Below, in pieces: positions 60,085 through 64,000 of a stretch of DNA of 64,000 nucleotides; within the stretch, counting starts at the first letter, position 1, and each line of letters starts with the position of its first letter. Where the stretch lies: assembly GCF_011386835.1 (NCBI RefSeq), contig NC_088800.1:14694001-14758000 (forward strand). The letters run 5' to 3'. The translations under genes and the position numbers were made by a program. This DNA comes from Chrysemys picta bellii (lineage: Eukaryota). Below the pieces are notes generated by a model that saw only the letters and a program-made list of their open reading frames with translations, had not been told where the DNA came from and did no database searches.

Positions 60085-60899
60085 AACAGGTTAGGTTTTT
60101 TGCTCCCATTACTGCCCCGGGAAGGCTGTTCCAGAACTTCACTCCTCTACTGGTTAGAAACCTTCACCTAATTTCAAGTCTAAACTTATTATGGCCACTT
60201 TATAGCCATTTGTTCTTGTGCCAACATTGGCCTTAATTCCGCTCACTCCCTGGTGTTTATCCCTCTGGTGTATTTATAGAGAACAATCCATGTCTCCCTG
60301 CAGCTTTTGTTTTGTTAGGCTAAACATGGAACAGATGCTTCCCCAGCCACAGCTCGGTGCTGATCACAGTGTGTGTGTGTGCGGGGCGTGGAGGTGGTAT
60401 TACTACTCTGTTTATTACTGGTAGCACCCCCAATGTACCCTACACTTTCCCAACACAGAAGCATGATCCTTGCCCCAAGGAGCTCACAGTCTGAGTCATG
60501 GGTAAAATGCTGCCCTTTACTGTAATAGGATGGGGCTGCCCCTTTGTTTCTTTGGGGAAAATGGAGGGAAAGACCAAGGTGAGAGGGAGAATATGGGAGG
60601 AGTGGGGGAAGAGTTAACAGAGAGCAGTGAAAACAGAGGGGAGCAAGGAAACCAGAGCTAGGCCAGCCGGGGGGGGGGGGGAAAGGATCGGGGGGGGGGG
60701 GGAGACACTGACAAGGGGGCACGGAGGAAGGAGAGGAAAAGGGATGTTGCTTTCCAGAGAAGAATGGGGAGGAGACAGAAAGGGAGCATTAACTGGGAGG
60801 GAGAGACCAAGCAGGGGATGGAAGGAGTAGAGAAGGGAATAAAGAAGTGGCAGGAGGCCAGGTGGGATCAAGGAAACACACAAACACTCTGGGGTCCGT

Positions 60900-61225
60900 G
60901 GCGGAGCTGATTAGCGTCTTCTGGCTAAACCTTTTTCCCAACCAAAAAATGGTCGTGGTGTTTGTTTGCCTGCACCGAACATTTTCACTGAAAACTTTTT
61001 GTAGTCAAAACCCCCAATTATTTTTGGTCCCTTCCCACACACCTTTTCCAGTGGGGGGAAAAGGAAAGAAACAGGCATGTGGGTGGAGGGGGAGGGGGCC
61101 CGGTTGATTTTTGTTTTCAATTAGTCAGAAAAATTCCACAAATATTTCAGAACAAAACACCCATTTTTCTCGTTTGGTTCAGAATGTTTCACGGCAAGAA
61201 TGGAGCAATTTCCAGCCAGCTGCAC
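60900..61225. mobile_element. AT-rich DNA transposon remnant
   Basis: Composition and submotifs like 33204-33640; ends CCAGCCAGCTGCA. Confidence 0.35.
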
Positions 61226-63902
61226 TGAATTCAGGTGCCTTTCCTTGCCTGCTTTCCTGGCCGTCACCCTTGTTCTTTACACTTGTGGGAAGAGGTGGCT
61301 ATTTGGAGTCCTTGTTCTACCAGTCCTGCCGGCTCCTCCAGATTCTATAGTTAAATAACTGGCAACCGCAACCCCCACCAAAAATAGCCCCAAATTCACC
61401 AGTATGTGTACACAGCCCTGCCCACCCCCCTCCGGCCCCTGGGCCTGTCTGCCTCACACCAAGACCTGGCATCCCACAGCAAACAATTCCATTTCAATAG
61501 CTGTTCCTTTCTGAGAGCCCCCAGCAGGCATCTGTCCCTATTAGAAATCTTATTTGCACCGGAGGAGAGTGCAAATTACGGTCTCTCTCTTAGACATGGA
61601 TTGCAATGCGGGGAGAGGCTGAGAGCAGAAGCTGCCATTGTTAATAAGGGGTGCGCGGGCGGGGAGGTAGGGAGCCCAAATGGTAGGGGTGGCAAATAAA
61701 GGAATACAGTAACTGTCTGATGTAGCTAAGGCAGGAGCTGTGGCCTTTCGAGCACTCCGAAGCAGCGTCTGAGAGCCCCAACAGCGCAGGAACAACATAA
61801 GCAATGCAACAGGCTGTCGCATGATGCTGGGCTCGCTCCCTTTTGTCTTGATTCATAAGGCAGCGATCGAGTGGGAGATGCTGCTGTTTGACAGATACTG
61901 TAGATGGACAGATACTGCAGTGCGGCTAGAAGAAACAGATACTGCAGCAGAGAAAGACGCAGCCTCAGCGGGTTCAGGGTGGTTAGCTGAAAGTGTGTGG
62001 AGGAGCTGTTCAGGGTTCTTCAGTTGAAGGGTTCCCAGCAATTCCCACTCAGGATTTCCTATCTGACCTTTGCAAGCACCTGTGCTGTCTCTCTTCGTCT
62101 CCCTCACACCTGCTACACAAGATGTGTGTAGACACTAATGCAAACTCACCATACATGGCCAGGGCACAGAGCTGCCCTCTGCCCTGTGAATGGAAGACAG
62201 GGAGTGAGGAGGGGGATTAACCCACAATGCAAGCCAATTTCCAATTAATCAGAAACAGGCAGAGCTGTTAATGAAAGTCCTCCTGGTGGCGAGACAGCAT
62301 GTTGAGAGCACAGCTGGCCCAGACCCTGGTCCTTGGGGTCTGAGTGAAGCACCGAGTCCTTTTCTAAATCCACACACTTCCTGTTAAAGGGTCACTCCTG
62401 CCCTTTTGGGCGTGGCTAAGATTTTGGTGTGCTGCAAAGCATGCAAAGAGGGCTTGTGGCTGTGACAGCTCCTACCCAGGGTTCTTTTCCAGCTGGTAGA
62501 CCTATCTTCAGAACAGGAGTACCCCAGGGCTGGCCTCAGATGCACATCAAGTGAGCCTGCCTTCAGCACTGGGGGCTCTGTTAACTCACTAAGCTGGCTC
62601 TACTTTCAGGCCATCAGTTAGCAAAGAACAAGCCAATGGCAAAGGTCTGGGTATGTCTAAAGGTGTGTTGACTAAAGGGCTGTGGGGCATTTTATTATTT
62701 CTTACCTGAACCACTGCCTGTCCACAGGGGAAGATGCCACACAGCTCTGCTGATGCAGCCCAGTCCTGACCTGCAGCACCCCCTGCTATTCCCATCGCCA
62801 CCCTCTCCTCCACCACCGCCCCTCAACCCCAACCCACAGTTTCCCCACTATTTCAATCCTGACAAACCAATCCAGCAATATTATGGGCCCAATTCAACAG
62901 CCTGTCGAATCCCCTCATGTGGCCTAATACAGTCAGTCAGGTGAGGGCAGGAGAAAACATCTGGGCCTAGTTGAAGGCGTTCTAAATTACCTGTGTACCG
63001 TGTCTAATGCAACAGTGGGATTTGGGTGGCCTGTTGAGGTGCATACCAATGAGCATCTGACACCCCCACCCTCATGGCTAGCAGCCAAAGGCTAATACGA
63101 TTAGCGTGACCCATTCTCTGGGCTTGGTGGGTGGTTTCATTATATTCCTTTGATGCCTAAAGTCCTTCCCTGTGGTGAAAGTTCAGTTCTTTGTTACCAC
63201 TGGGGTAAATCCATCTCATCCAGCTCAGCCACCGTAAAGTGGGAGTGAAAAGCAGAATCCCTGCAAAGACAAGAACCTGCTTGTGACTCTGAGCCGACCT
63301 TTCCTGGGGACAGAAATGAGACAGCAGAGGAAGAAACAGATGAAGGAGAGGCGTTCGATGAAGCGCCCTCTCCTGGGCATGAAAGATCCCTGCATAAGTA
63401 CATAAAAGGCCAAATGAATGAGGGGGGAAATGATAAAACAATCAGAAAAGCTGGATGTGAAACGAAACCATTGTTTCTCTCATGACCCTGGGGTATCCGT
63501 GAAATCCACCCACATAGTGACAAGGTGGAGAAAGCACTCACAGTCTCAGTGACCCATAGATGTTTCTGTCCCTGTAACACGTGGTGACACTTGTTATGGC
63601 TTGTCGTACCAGTAAAAGAGCATTGTCTTGAACTGTATTACAAAATAAATGATGCAAGCTACTGGCTTGGACCTGCCTGTGACTCCCACGGGCCTACGTG
63701 TTAGAACAGATACCAGCCTTATTGACAAATATGAGAGTGACGTTCACTGTCCACATGGTACACTGGGGCCTGTTCCTTTGGAGCAAGCAGGTTTTGTGTT
63801 TCAGGAGAATGCTAGCCTGCTCCGAAAGCTGTGTGCTCCAAACAACCTGGGATCAGACTACGAGCCGGGCTCAACTTTGCCCAGGGCTGTTTTGGACTAA
63901 TC

Positions 63903-64000
63903 CAGGGGTCGGCAACCTTTGGCATGCGGCTCACCAGGGTAAGCACCCTGGCGGGCCGGGCCGGTTTGTTTACCTGCCGCGTCCGCAGGTTCGGCTGATC
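63903..64000. mobile_element. Palindromic hAT MITE, left end, truncated by the window end
   Basis: CAGGGGTCGGCAACCTTTGGCATGCGGC, same family as 11061 and 59449. Confidence 0.9.

Larger units (their letters stand above)
59141..60330 (-). mobile_element. CR1 LINE 3' portion interrupted by two hAT MITEs
   Basis: CATAGACTCATAGACT terminal repeats; colinear in reverse with 42830-43558. Confidence 0.9.

Noticed and set aside
60667-60705. Long G homopolymers as a G-quadruplex
   Set aside because: Low-complexity purine tract; homopolymer lengths are unreliable and there is no functional context.
63157-63580. Acidic peptide on the + strand (EPTFPGDRNETAEEETDEGEAF) and overlapping minus-strand ORFs
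   Set aside because: No recognisable homology or convincing splice sites; purine-rich composition explains it.

Overview
Vertebrate genomic DNA, very probably turtle (inferred from CR1 LINE 3' ends, Penelope-like hairpin repeats, hAT/Harbinger MITEs and tRNA-derived SINEs). I find no convincing host protein-coding exon; the ORF-track hits are chance ORFs or transposon remnants. The functional core is a microRNA cluster at ~57 kb (+ strand): an exact mature miR-7 in a canonical hairpin whose 3p arm best fits paralogue miR-7-2, and ~165 bp downstream a second hairpin that I recall as miR-1720. Upstream are candidate regulatory modules for a non-coding host transcript: a CpG island at 17.5-18.7 kb with a perfect CRE, an X-box-like site and strong splice donors; a cluster of RE1/REST-like sites at 19.6-21.0 kb (two with 8-bp expanded spacers); a CCAAT/NRF1/Z-DNA promoter-like block at 46.7-47.2 kb; and several enhancer-like blocks. 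The rest is transposon-derived: three Penelope-like fold-back remnants carrying minimal hammerhead ribozyme motifs (one a perfect 180-bp palindrome), about 14 hAT-type MITEs (most with 8-bp TSDs), Harbinger MITEs, a solo Gypsy-type LTR with a 5-bp TSD, a decayed Gypsy integrase, CR1 and L2 fragments, MIR/CORE SINEs and an LF-SINE-like copy. Repeat family names and miRNA paralogue names rest on recalled consensus sequences and need database confirmation.
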